The notes: a model not told the origin generated them from the sequence alone. Shown: positions 1-16,160, numbered from the stretch's first letter. The stretch: DNA of 64,000 nucleotides from the human T2T-CHM13v2.0 reference genome, Homo sapiens (GCF_009914755.1 NC_060941.1), one strand, 5' to 3'. A program made the numbers and translations.

Positions 1-1
1 T

Positions 2-1688
<1,687 letters not shown>

Positions 1689-1736
1689 TTATTTTGCTCA
1701 TGAGTTGATGCAGTTTCTTCCTAGTCTTGATGGTCT

Positions 1737-2762
1737 TTACATTTTGGCATGATTTTGCAGCAGCTGGTACCAGTTGTTCCTTTCCATGTTTAGTGCTTCC
1801 TTCAGGAGCTCTTTTAGTGCAGGCCTGGTGGTGACAAAATCTCTCAGCATTTGCTTGTCTGTAAAGTATTTAATTTCTCCTTCACTTATGAAGCTTAGTT
1901 TGGCTGGATATGAAATTCTGGGTTGAAAATTCTTGTCTTTAAGAATGTTGAATATTGGCCCCCACTGTCTTCTGGCTTGTAGGGTTTCTGCCGAGAGATC
2001 TGCTGTTATTCTGATGGGCTTCCCTTTGAGGGGTAACCCGACCTTTCTCTCTGGCTGTCCTTAACATTTTTTCCTTCATTTCAACTTTGGTGAATCTGAC
2101 AATTATGTGTCTGAATCTGACAATTATGTGTCTTGGAGTTGCTCTTCTCAAGGAGCATCTTTGTGGTGTTCTCTGTATTTCCTGAATCTGAATGTTGGCC
2201 TGCCTTGCTAGATTGGGGAAGTTCTCCTGGATAATATCCTGCAGAGTGTTTTCCAACTTTGTTCCATTCTCCCCATCACTTTCAGGTACACCAATCAGAC
2301 GTAGATTTGGTCTTTTCACATAGTCCCATATTTCTTGGAGGCTTTGCTCATTTCTTTTTATTCTTTTTTCTCTAAACTTCCCTTCTCACTTCATTTCATT
2401 CATTTCATCTTCCATCGCTGATACCCTTTCTTCCAGTTAATCGCATCGGCTCCTGAGGCTTCTGCATTCTTCACGTAGTTCTCCAGCCTTGGTTTTCAGC
2501 TCCATCAGCTCCTTTAAGCACTTCTCTGTATTGGTTATTCTAGTTATACATTCTTCTAAATTTTTTCCAAAGTTTTCAACTTCTTTGCCTTTGGTTTGAA
2601 TGTCCTCCCGTAGCTCAGAGTAATTTGATCGTCTGAAGCCTTCTTCTCTCAGCTCGTCACAGTCATTCCCCATCCAGCTTTGTTCCGTTGCTGGTGAGGA
2701 ACTGCATTCCTTTGGAGGAGGAGAGGCCCTCTGCTTTCTAGAGTTTCCAGTTTTTCCCCCAT
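1737..2762 (-). pseudogene. L1 ORF1 remnant, multiply disrupted
   Basis: Small deletion after ATG, TAA at 2437-2439, 21-bp tandem duplication 2091-2132 (RHIIVRF x2), extra base in G-run 2030-2033. Confidence 0.93.
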
Positions 2763-4146
2763 CTTTGTGGTTTTATCTACTTTTGGTCTTTGATGATGGT
2801 GATGTACAGATGGGTTTTTGGTGTGGATGTCCTTTCTGTTTGTTAGTTTTCCTTCTAACAGACAGGACCCTCAGCTGCAGGTCTGTTGGAATACCCTGCC
2901 TTGTGAGGTGTCAGTGTGCCCCTGCTGGGGGGTGCCTCCCAGTTAGGCTGCTGAGGGGTTAGGGGTCAGGGACCCACTTGAGGAGGCAGTCTGCCCATTC
3001 TCAGATCTCCAGCTGCGTGCTGGGAGAACCACTGCTCTCTTCAAAGCTGTCAGACAGGGACATTTAAGTCTGCAGAGGTTACTGCTGTCTTTTTGTTTGT
3101 CTGTGCCCTGCCCCCAGAGGTGGAGCCTACAGAGGCAGGCAGGCCTCCTTGAGCTGTGGTGGGCTCCACCCAGTTGGAGCTTCCCGGCTGCTTTGTTTAC
3201 CTAAGCAAGCCTGGGCAATGGTGGGCGCCCCTCCCCCAGCCTCGCAGCCGCCTTGCAGTTTGATCTCAGACTGCTGTGCTAGCCATCAGTGAGACTCCAC
3301 GGGCGTAGGACCCTCCAGGACAGGTGCAGGATATAATCTCGTGGTGCACCGTTTTTAAGCCCCTCGGAAAAGCGCAGTATTCGGGTGGGAGTGACCCGAT
3401 TTTCCAGGTGCCATCCGTCACCCCTTTCTTTGACTCAGAAAGGGAACTCCCTGATCCCTTGCGCTTCCCAAGTGAGGCAATGCCTTGCCCTGCTTCAGCT
3501 CGCGCACGGTATGCGCACCCACTGACCTGCGCCTACTGTCTGGCACTCCCTAGTGCGATGAACCTGGTACCTCAGAGGGAAATGCAGAAATCACCCTCTT
3601 CCGCGTTGCTCATGCTGGGAGCTGTAGACCGGAGCTGTTCCTATTCAGCCATCTTGGCTCCTCCCCAAGAGAGAGCTTTGTTTTAATAGCTGCAAATATT
3701 TTTGATTCATAACCTTGAGACAATTTGTATAATTTCCTATTTTTTGTAGGAAAACATACTTGTTCACTTAAAGTTGTAAAGTCTTTCTTTGCCATCTGAT
3801 ATTGACTTTATTGCTAATATTGTTATTAGCCCACTTTCCATGACTTCATTAAGTTTTAATAAACTAGCATATAACAGGCTACACGGGCTTTTAGAATTAA
3901 AAGCATTGCAAAAGTCACGCCTCCTTGTGAAAAATTATTAATAGGTTAAATGAGCAAATAAGGCGCTCTTCACAGATGAAGCACGAAGCAAAATCTTGAT
4001 TTTCCTTCAAACTTGCAGTGCGCATTCAGGGAGGGGAGTGCTGAGAAGGGATATGTGGGATTCCGAAATTACACACTTGAGGTAGAAATTTCTGTCAAGC
4101 CCCTCACTGGAGGGGATGGAGAACACCTTGGGTTTCTCAGCAGAAG

Positions 4147-5139
4147 TCACTGGCCCTGTGAGAAGGAGACCCTGCCCTTGAGAAGTCTAACCACCGCCGC
4201 CTTCATGTCCTTGTTCCGCATGCTGTAAATAAAGGGGTTCAGCAGGGGAGTCACCACTGTGTACATGACAGCAGCCGCTGTATCCTCCTTTACTGAGTTG
4301 GAGGAAGAGGATGAGGGGCACAGATAAGCCCTGATCACTGTCCCAAAGAACAAAGCAACAACAACGAGGTGAGAGTCGCAGGTAGAGAAGGCCTTGCGCC
4401 TTCCCTGGGCAGAGGGGGCCCTGAGGATGGCTGAAACAATGCGGATATAAGAGACCAGGATGAGCATAAAAGGGATTAAAATGACTGCTCCCCCTAGGAA
4501 GAGGAGCACAAGCTCATTGACCTGGGCGTCAGAGCAAGACACCTTCATCAGCGGTCCCAAATCACAGAAGAAGCCAGGAAGGATCTAAGAGCACAAGGAA
4601 AGCCGGAATATGAGGAAGGTGCGAGTCATGGCGAGAAGACTTGTGAGGGTCCAGCAGGCTGTCACCAGGAAGGCACAGCGGTGGAGGCTCATGATCATCA
4701 TATAGTGGAGCAGGTGGCAAATGGCCACATAGCGGTCATAGGCCATTGTAGCCGGGAGAAAGATGTCCATGTCCCCAAAAGTCAAGAAGAAGTAGAGCTG
4801 TGCCAAACACCCTGCGTAGGAAATGGACCTGCTCTGGGTCTGGATATTCACCAGGGCCTTGGGCACAGTGGTGGAGGTGGAAAAGATATCTGCACACGAC
4901 AAGCTGGCAAGGAAGAAGTACATAGGGGTGTGGAGGTGTGTGTCAGTGCCAATGGCCAGGACAATGAGCAGGTTCCCAGCCACAGTGACCACGTACATCC
5001 ACAGAAACAGCAGGAAGAAGATGTGTTGCTGCTGTGGCTGGTCTGAGAGTCCCCAGAGGAGGAACTCAAAGGTGCTAGTCTGATTCCCTCCTTCCAGGAG
5101 CTCAGAGGTCGGAGGAAAAAAATCTTGAGTGAGCCCCAT
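4147..5139 (-). pseudogene. OR1P1: Olfactory receptor family 1 gene with one premature stop at codon 185 (330 codons if repaired)
   Basis: ORFs 4585-5139 and 4147-4560 are in frame, separated only by TAG at 4585-4587; motifs GN, LHTPMYFFL, MAYDRYVAIC, FFCD, KAFSTCxSHL, PLLNPFIYS; symbol from recalled sequence and proximity to OR1A2. Confidence 0.9.
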
Positions 5140-5918
5140 TAGAATTCTATAAAAATGTTTTACTTTAGATTGGTGAGCATGCTATTCTCTGAGCTTTAAG
5201 GAAGAAGAAGAAGAAAGAAAGAAAGTACTTTTATTGGCCATCTACTATGTTGCACTGTAAATTTTTACTGAAATACACTATGCTAGAAAGTGTGCGAGAT
5301 ACAACATAAGGTAATTAAAATACATTTCTCGTTTGTTTTTCTACACTCTTTTCCATCCCAAATTTCTTTAGTTGTACTCTCAGAGGAGTTAAGATGCTTT
5401 CTTTCATTAATTTTACAGAAATTAATTACTGACTCTGGACCTGGCACAGTGATAACCCTTAACCTCAGGGAATTTTCGATCTAATGGGCTAGACATAACT
5501 GCTTCTATTAAAATCTTATATGAGTTGGATACAAGTTTTCCAGCCATTCACCTGCTTTCAAACCACTCTCAGACCCCAAGACTGCACCTGTTCTGATTAA
5601 TCAAGCCCAAAACTCAATATTCTCTGAAGATGCAATTTCATGTTATCTATTCTTCTGGAAACCAATTCAACAATCAACTATTTAGAGAATCTGATTTGTT
5701 CTTTGGAGTTTCACTGACACCTCAAAAAGTAACCTGTATATAGTGGGTCTTTACTAGTCTCCAGAATCTTAAACAGGACAGGACCGAATGTGTCCTGAAA
5801 GAGAAGCTGAAGGCCAAAACTCAGCAATCAGGTAACTCAACCCAGGGTTACCACTGGAGAAGCAGGTAGGGCTATTCTGATGGAAGAGGCCTTCATATGG
5901 ATAGAAACATCAGCAATA

Positions 5919-6196
5919 GGCCGGGTAAGCTGACTCAGGCCTGAAATACAGCACTTTGGGAGGCCTGGGTGGGCAGATCACTTAAGGGCAGGAGTTCGAG
6001 AATAACCTGGGCAACATGGTGAAACCCCATCTCTACTAAAAATACAAAAAAATTAGCCTGGTGTGGTGGCAGGCGCCTGTAATCGCAGCTACTCGGGAGG
6101 CTGAGTCAGGAGAATCGCTTGAACCAGGGAGGCGGAGGCTGGTAGTGAGCCAAAATTGCCTCACTCATGCCAGCCTGGGCCACAGAATGAGAAAAA
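5919..6196 (+). mobile_element. Alu (S/J-type)
   Basis: Dimeric Alu with CTACTAAAAATACAAAA linker; TSD-like AGAAA(C)ATCAGCAA. Confidence 0.9.
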
Positions 6197-7559
6197 GGAA
6201 GGAAGAAAGAAATCAGCAACAGGGAGTAAAGGTCCCCTAATGAGTAGGGCCACTATGTGGGGGTGACTTTTCTCTCCATTCTGACTGGTAAAATTCCACA
6301 CATTTCCACACAAATGCCACCTACTACTTAATTCATGGTCCTTCTATAAGAAAAAGGTTGTTCCTGCACCAAACTTCCCAATATTTTGACTACACATCTC
6401 TTTTTTGAACATTTTTGTGCCCCCGTATTAATGATAGATTCTTTAACATGCTATGTCGTCCACACAGTAGCTGTAGTAGTGTCTTGAATATAGAGAAATA
6501 AATGTTATTAAATGATTTAGAGTTTCCACTTTTCTACTTTCCTTTCCTGAATTTATTCTTCTAAAGGCTGAGAATTTTAAAACACGGAGTGAAACATGAG
6601 TTTGGGTCAGTTTAATTCAGTTCAATTCTGCAAACATTTATCAGTCTTCTCACCCTCTGTACATGCATCTTGACTGTCTTTACCCAGCGAAGCAGTGCAT
6701 TCTGTGTTTTTTATCTGCATAAACACCCTTGGACTGAATGGAGTGAAGTGTTGACTGGCGGTGATGGCTTTGAGGACTCTGTGAAAGGGAGAAGTTCTAA
6801 AACATAATTTGATCAAGTCACAGATAAAACTTTCATAAGATTTTGGTATCCTTTTCAACAACTACATATCTGAAGAAAGAATAAAAAGGGTACAAAGGGA
6901 ACTACATTAAGAAAAGGGTGCATGGAACCATTTATATCTGAATTATGTATTCGGGACTAAACAGTGATTGTCCAGATCCTGATTTTCTTATGTATCCCCT
7001 GAGAACTATGCAAAGTGACAAGGAGGGGCAATATAAGCTCAGATACATATACTTTCATTGAAACTGAGTGTCAGAAACATCCCACAATTAAAAAAAAAAA
7101 AAAAAAACCTTGGAAATGAGTGGAAGAAAACACCATGAATCAGCCCCATCAATGTGGAAAGTAAAGGCCAAGTAGCAAAGTAGGTGAGTAGGGCAGGGAG
7201 TAATGGGGAGTATCAGAATCTACAAATCCTTAGCTGACAATCATGCCTAGAAACAGAGGGCATAACCCTGAGGGATAGTTATGTATAGATCTGAGGAAAC
7301 AGGGCAAGAAGTCATGCTGAACAAAGGTGAAGAGGAAAGGTGAGGCACTTGTACACAGAAGCCTCATGTGATGAAGCAACCTTCATCATTGTAGCAAAGG
7401 AAGGAGTCCCTGAATGGAGAATCTGGGCAAGTTACCCTCATCTTGCTAAATCTCTGGTACAGAAAAAAGGCAAATTGTTCAAATGTGAATCATAACTAAT
7501 GACTAAATTGCTGGACCTATACAGAAATATAAAAAAAGGAACCCCTGAAAAGTCAAGCT

Positions 7560-9160
7560 TTTTATCACAAGAGAACTCACTAGGAAATTGTCTCTATTGA
7601 GAAAAATTCCAATACAACATGTCTTCAAGAATTACAACATGTCTTCAATAATTTTCAAAGTGATAGAACTAATTGTGAAAGAATACTACAAAGAGGAAAT
7701 AAGTAAACTCAGACAAAATAATATGCCTGACCACAAGAAGGTGTGAAATAGGAACTGAGAGAAGTCTGGAAAGAAATTAAAGCAAAAGCTACTTACTCGA
7801 TGAAGAATAAGTTACAAAGAGTTTTTAAAAATGAACAATACAGAAATCATTATAAAGGACCTAAAGACTAGAAATCAGAAAAGCAAAATAAACAAAAATA
7901 AAGAATGGAGTGAAAGACTTAAATAGGTCTAGAAGACTGACCAAGAAGATTCAGTATATTATAAGCAGAATCCCAAAGAAAAAAGTAAATTTCAGAATAG
8001 AAGATTAAAAATTAATTTAAAATGAACTTCCCAGAAATAAAAGACTTTAATCTACATATCGAAAAGGCATATATCTTGGAAAATGGACATAAAATAGTAA
8101 ATTCCAAAAAATATCTTAGTAAAATTGTTAGACCTTTAAAATAAACAAAGAATCCTTCAAGTAACCAGTTCCTCTTCCCCAACCAAAAAAAAATCAGGTT
8201 GACATCAGTCTTGATAGCAACTTTTTATACCAGGAAATAATAAAAGAACACTTACAAGAAACTCAGAAATATAAAGATAAGCCAGGAGTTTTATAGCAAC
8301 CAGTCTGTACTTTAAGTATAAGGGCTACAAGCAAAGAGTCTGAACATAAAGAAACTCAGGGATTATTGTTCCCATGGCTCTTTCTGGGGTTTCTACTAGA
8401 AGATGCGGTTCATATAATCAGGAAAATGTTGGAATAATCTTAGTGAAAAGCATTGAATATAGATTTACTGCAGAACTAAACTAGGATCAGAATGTGGGGC
8501 TAAAGGTGACAGGATAATACCTAAATGCAATATATGCTAATAATATGGAAATAACTAGCCAATAAGTGCGAAAAGGAAGAAAGTAGGAAGTATAAGTTTC
8601 TGATTATCTCTTAGGAGAAAAGGAATATCATATAAAGCAAATAAGTCAAATAGTAGAAGCTTAAGCTTGTCTAAGAGGATAAAGAATATTCTTGAAAAAA
8701 TAGTAATATTGAATGGTGAAAAAGAGGTAGGAGACGGGAGAATAAAGTTTACAAGTTAATTTCATTGTATATAATAAGGAACAAAAGATACTGTCTAAAG
8801 AAAGAAGAGACTAAAGGTATTATATTATGATATTAGCATTATGAAAACTTCCTATGATCAGAAAGAGAATGGCAGACTACATACTAAACATAAAGTCATA
8901 TGGCACACCAACACATCAGTTATGTTAATAAATGTAAATGAGCTTAATGAACCTTTTAAAAGAAAAATCCTTCAAACTGACTCTCAAAGCAAAACCCAAC
9001 TCTATTCTGTATATAAGAGAAATTGCTAAAATAAAGTAATTCAGAATGATTGAAAATGAAATGATAGGCAAAGACATAGGTTAATGTGACCAAAACAATG
9101 TGATCCTTATATCGAAAAAACAGAATTCAGGAGGACAAAACTAAACCTACAATCAAAATA
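7560..9160 (+). mobile_element. Old degenerate L1M ORF1 / ORF2-start fragment
   Basis: A-rich; INVNELNEPFKRK resembles the L1 endonuclease N-terminus; boundaries approximate. Confidence 0.6.
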
Positions 9161-9174
9161 AAAATCTATAATAT

Positions 9175-9782
9175 TTATGAAGCTTAGTTTGGCTTAGTTC
9201 AACCATTGTGGAAGACAGTGTGGTGATTCCTCAAGGATCTAGAACCAGAAATACCATTTGACCCAGCAACCTCATTACTGGGTACATACACAAGGGATTA
9301 TAAATCATTCTACTATAAAGACACATACACACGTATGTTTATTGCAGCACTATTCACAATAGCAGAGACTTGGAACCAACCCAAATGCCCATCAATGATA
9401 GACTGGATAAAGACAATGTGGCACATATACACCATGGAATACTATGCAGCCATAAAAAAAGGATGAGTTCATGTCCTTTGCAGGGACATGGATGAAGCTG
9501 GAAACCATCATTCTCAGCAAACTAACACAGGAACAGAAAACCAAACACCACATGTTCTCACTCATAAGTGGGAGCTGAACAGTGAGAACACAGGGACACA
9601 GGGAGGGGAACATCACACACTAGGGCCTGTTGAGGGGTGGGGGGCCAGGGGAGGGATAGCATTAAGAGAAATACCTAATGTAGATGATGGGTCGATGGGT
9701 GCAGCAAACCACCATGGCATGTGTATACCTATATAACAAACCTGCACATTCTGCACATGTATCCCAGAACTTAGAGTATAAT
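9175..9782 (+). mobile_element. 5'-truncated L1PA (PA7-like) 3' end with short inverted cap
   Basis: ORF2 end and 3'UTR; TSD AAATCTATAATAT at 9162-9174 and 9783-9795. Confidence 0.9.
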
Positions 9783-9931
9783 AAATCTATAATATCTGGG
9801 TACTACATAAAACAGAAATTTTCTTTAAAAGATACACGAAGAAACAGAAACACATTAATAAAAAGAGAAGGTTTTGTCAGTCCAAGGCAGATCAAGTGAT
9901 TAAAAAAGGAAGGATAGAAAATATCAAACAA

Positions 9932-10154
9932 GGCCAGGCGCGGTGGCTCACGCTTGTAATCCCAGTACTTTGGGAGGCTGAGGTGAGTGGAACACGAGGT
10001 CAGGAGATTGAGACCATCCTGGCTAACACAGTGAAACCCCACCTCTACTGAAAATACAAAAAATTAGCCCGGTGTGGTGGCAGGCGCCCGTAGTCCCAGC
10101 TACTCGGGAGGCTGAGGCAGGAGAGTGGCGTGAACCCGGGAGGCGGAGCTTGCA
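9932..10154 (+). mobile_element. AluY-like, 3'-truncated
   Basis: GGCGTGAACCCGGGAGGCGGAGCTTGCA then abrupt end, no tail. Confidence 0.9.
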
Positions 10155-10253
10155 TTTATTCTTAAGTTATTTCATAGATTTTGTCATTGTTGCTGCTGTG
10201 ATTTTTTTTTTCAATTTCTATTTTTAGCCTGTGGTTACCAAAGCTGAGAAAAA

Positions 10254-10372
10254 ATATATAGCCTGCACTCATATATATATATGTGTGTGTATATATAACG
10301 TATGTGTGTGTATATATACATATATGTATGTGTATATATATATCCCTTGTGTCTTATCTATCCATCCATCCA
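10254..10372. repeat. (TA)n/(TG)n and (ATCC)n microsatellites
   Basis: Direct inspection. Confidence 0.85.
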
Positions 10373-10704
10373 TCCCGGCTTTTATGTGCAATAATTTCTA
10401 CCCCCAGATACTTACAGGGTTCCTGTCATATAGTTTATACTCAGTTAATATTTGTTGAATGAGTGAATGTCATACTGTTAGTAAAGGAAACGTCACCTGT
10501 TCTTGCCTCTTGCCAGAGATCCGCTTTGAGGGTAAAGAGCTTTGAGTTCACCTAGAAAATGAGAAGGAATCAACTTGCTGTGGTCAAACACAAGAGCCCA
10601 AGAGTCCAAGTTTTTGAGTTTGAGAGAATTGGGCTTGAGTCTTGATTCTACCATTTAAAAGTTATATGAACTTTAAATAATTGTTAAATGATTATTTATT
10701 ACTT

Positions 10705-10855
10705 TTAGAGATAGGGTCTTGCCCTGTCACCCAGGCTGGAGGGCAGTGGTGCAACCATAGCTCACTTTAGCCTCAAACATGTGCACTCAAGCGATTCTCC
10801 TGCCTCAACCTCTTGTATAGCTGGGACTATAGGCAAAGGCCACTGTGCCCAGCTT
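10705..10855 (-). mobile_element. Old Alu monomer/fragment
   Basis: GAGATAGGGTCTTGCCCTGTCACCCAGGCTGGA. Confidence 0.8.
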
Positions 10856-11234
10856 ATGTGAACATTTTAAGTAATTTCTCTAAATGTCAACTTCCTCACC
10901 GGTAAATTGAGATAATAAATAGTTTCTTCCTTTTACTGTATTGTGAAGGTTAAATAAAACAGGTAAAGAACTTTGGAAAGTATCCTGGACAGTAAGGTCT
11001 CAATAAATACTGATTCGTACTCAACAGAGGTTGGTGAATATTTTTCTTTGAAATTTAAAAGTTCCAAGATACGTACATGTATAAGCCATTGTTCTTCAAT
11101 AATTATTTGCAGAATTCTGAGAGCCATTTAGATTTCTAATTGCAAGTCTCTATTTTAGTACAAAGGGCTCTAATATTTTCCTTTGGAGTTTCTCAAATTT
11201 TTGCATTGGATTTTAGTTCTCTATTCCCTATAAC

Positions 11235-11452
11235 TATCAGGCAGAAGGTGGGGTGATGCAGCCAGGAGCCAAGGATCCCCTGCGGCCACCTGAAGCTTGG
11301 AGAGACAGGGAAGGATCCTCCCCTGGAGCCCTGGAGGCAGTGTGGCCCTACTGACAGCTTGATTTAGGACTTCACACCTCCAGAACTGAGAGAGAGTGCA
11401 TTTCTGTGGTTTTAGGCCACGAAGTTTGTGACAATTTGTTGCAACAGCAGTG
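11235..11452 (+). mobile_element. MLT1 (MaLR) LTR fragment
   Basis: CCTCCAGAACTGAGAGAG...TTTCTGTGGTTTTAGGCCAC...TTTGTTGCAACAGC. Confidence 0.75.
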
Positions 11453-11472
11453 GCAGTACACATACCAGGTAA

Positions 11473-11880
<408 letters not shown>

Positions 11881-12616
11881 TTTTCTCGTTATTTTTATCT
11901 CTTGTTGCTTTCCTGTGAAACTTTTGAGGAATTCTTAAGTTTTTACTCTACAAAACAGATGATCACTTCTGGAGGGTTCATATTAATATTATCTGCACCC
12001 TACGTAGGCTTTTTAAATTTACATTTTTATGTTGCAATATTTTAAAGTAAATTGTAATTATTGTGGCATTACACCCCTAAATATTCAGCCTACATCTCTT
12101 TAAAAAAAAAAACACCTTCTTCCACTTGCCCCAAATAGCACTTTCACACCAACTCAATTAATGATGATTTCTTATTATTATTCATTACTGGGCCATATTC
12201 AAATCTTTCCAGTTTCCCTGAAACTATCCTTTTTGTCTGCTTTGTTAAAATAGGAATCCAGTCCAGAACCTTGCATTGTATCTAGGAGCCGTGACCCAAG
12301 AATGTCCTAAATTCCCTCTAGAGTCACTGGAGACAGACCTGGCTATCATCCTGTGTGAAAGGAGCACGCTGAGGCTTAAGAGGCTGAGTGAGTTACCCCA
12401 AAGTCACACCCCTGATAAGTAGCAGAATCTGGATCTGATCATTACTCTTTTGATTCCAAATGTTATGCCCTGGTGTGGTGTGCTTTGCAAAGAAGAGTGG
12501 CCATGCACAGCTTATATTTGGACCCAAATAGCTTTTCCTTCTGGCCAGCAGGCCCATTAATCAGATGCTGTATCCGCTCTCTTAGTCCTTCCTCCCAAAA
12601 AGTGCAAGTGTCAAGA

Positions 12617-12882
12617 TTTTTTTTTTTTTTTTTTGAGACAGAGTCTCACTCTGTCGCCCACGCTGGAGTGCAGTGGCACGATCTTGGCTCACTACAACCT
12701 CCGTCTCCTGGGTTCAAGCAATTCCCTGCCTCCGCCTCCCTAGTAGCTAGGATTGCAGGCGCCCACCACCACACCTGGCTAATTTCTGTATTTTTTGTAG
12801 AGACCGGGTTTCATCATCTTGGCCAGGCTGGTCTTAAACTCCTGACCTCGTGATCCACCCGCCTCGGCCTCCCAAAGTGCTG
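12617..12882 (-). mobile_element. AluS, 5'-truncated
   Basis: T-tail; TSD TGCAAGTGTC(A/G)AGATT. Confidence 0.9.
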
Positions 12883-13162
12883 CAAGTGTCGAGATTTCAT
12901 TTGGTGACTCCATAAACTGCCTCGGGAATCTCTTGTCTTTGGGATGAAAAGACTTTTAGACTTTTACAGTCCTTCCTCCCCAAAAGTGCAAGTTTCAAGA
13001 TTTCATTATATTTTTGTTATCAAATCATTAGGTCTTTATTCCCTACTTGACTTTGACTCTTGGAGATGGAGAACATGTCTTAGGTACTTTCATATTCTCT
13101 CAGCACCATTTCTCTGTTGAACAGAGGCTCTCCTGGGAATTGTGTCCCAGCCCAGCTGGGAG

Positions 13163-13560
13163 GCTTACCTTCCAGCCTGTGTCCACGACAGCCACCATCA
13201 CAATGACCTGTTGCCTCTTCTGTCCTCTACATCATCGGAAATACACATTAAAAAGCTGCTTGAGAACTCGGAGGCTGTCCCCCTGTGGCGCGATGAACAC
13301 GGCCAGGTTCCCCTTCCTCTGTGGCAGCAGAACTTTGCTGTACCCCAACTGCAGCAGGATAGCAGATGGGAGATTTCTGTTCATTAACCCCACGACCTCT
13401 GGAATAATCCTAGGTTCTCCAGCCCTGGGCTACAGGGGACTTGTCCTATTTATTTATTTCCCAGGTAGGCTCTGTGTGAGTTCCCTGGGGTGTCCCTTGG
13501 GAAATGGGAGCTTTGTCATTTCCCATGCCCTCTGTATCCCCTCAGGAGCAGTTTCTTGGA
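13163..13560 (-). promoter_or_regulatory. Candidate OR promoter and non-coding first exon (EBF/O-E sites, TATA-like element, splice donor)
   Basis: TCCCTTGGGA 13493-13502, TCCCTGGGG 13482-13490; AATAAATAAATA on - strand about 13447-13458; AAG|GTAAGC donor at 13169/13168. Confidence 0.5.
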
Positions 13561-14215
13561 ATGGGGAAGGATGTGGTCCAACAGTACTGGGATTTCTTGC
13601 ATGAGAAGTTATTATCTGCCTGTTTCTTGGGTGGAACTAAAGAGCTAACCAATCTATCAAAAAAAATCTCCTTTCATATTTGCAATGATACTCTTAAGTC
13701 GCAAAAGGCCTCTGCTAAAATTAAAATGTGTTGCCTGGAGGGAATCATCTCTCGAGACCATAGAGAAATTGTGAAGCCATGGCCATTCTCATTTCAGTGT
13801 GGGTTTTTTCTTGGAGTCTTTATGAGAAGCTCATTCTAAACTTGGTCAGGAAATGGGGAGATGCCAAGAGAAAGACACAGTGCTTCGTGAGCCTCCAGCA
13901 AGAAGTAGTTTGGGAACAAGGGGCAGCAGATGTTAGAAAACTGCGGGCTGTGGACATACCTCCAGCTCCACCTGCAGATCCCCAGTGAACATGAGCTCCA
14001 GGGTGCACAGCCATTGCCTTCCCCAGAGTGGGGATCCAGCACTGGTCCTCTGGGTGCAGCTGCTGCAATTGTGATTAGAGCTCAGATCCAGAACCATGTC
14101 CATCCCACCAGCATCTCTGTGGCCACAAACTTGATTGCTCTTCCTCCAGAAAAAGACTGGAAAAGAAAAGCTCAATTTTAGAATATACTTACAGTTGTCT
14201 TAGAATCACTAACCC

Positions 14216-14515
<300 letters not shown>

Positions 14516-14599
14516 TTAATTCTCCCTGCCCCCTTTCGGTGTGGTTATGTTGCTCATTTGAAAGACAGTGGGAGTGGGAGGGGAATGTGTTATAAAATC

Positions 14600-16160
<1,561 letters not shown>

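Noticed and set aside
4585-4587. Stop-codon readthrough of OR1P1
   Set aside because: TAG-A context is not a leaky context
4681-5083. Antisense and alternate-frame ORFs over OR1P1 (also over OR1A2)
   Set aside because: Shadows of OR codon usage; no independent motifs
7613-7652. 20-bp tandem duplication TACAACATGTCTTCAA(G/T)AAT
   Set aside because: Ordinary slippage in degenerate L1
13047-14181. 185-aa and overlapping ORFs as a novel gene
   Set aside because: The 185-aa ORF starts at TTG; no recognisable domains; better explained as promoter/UTR
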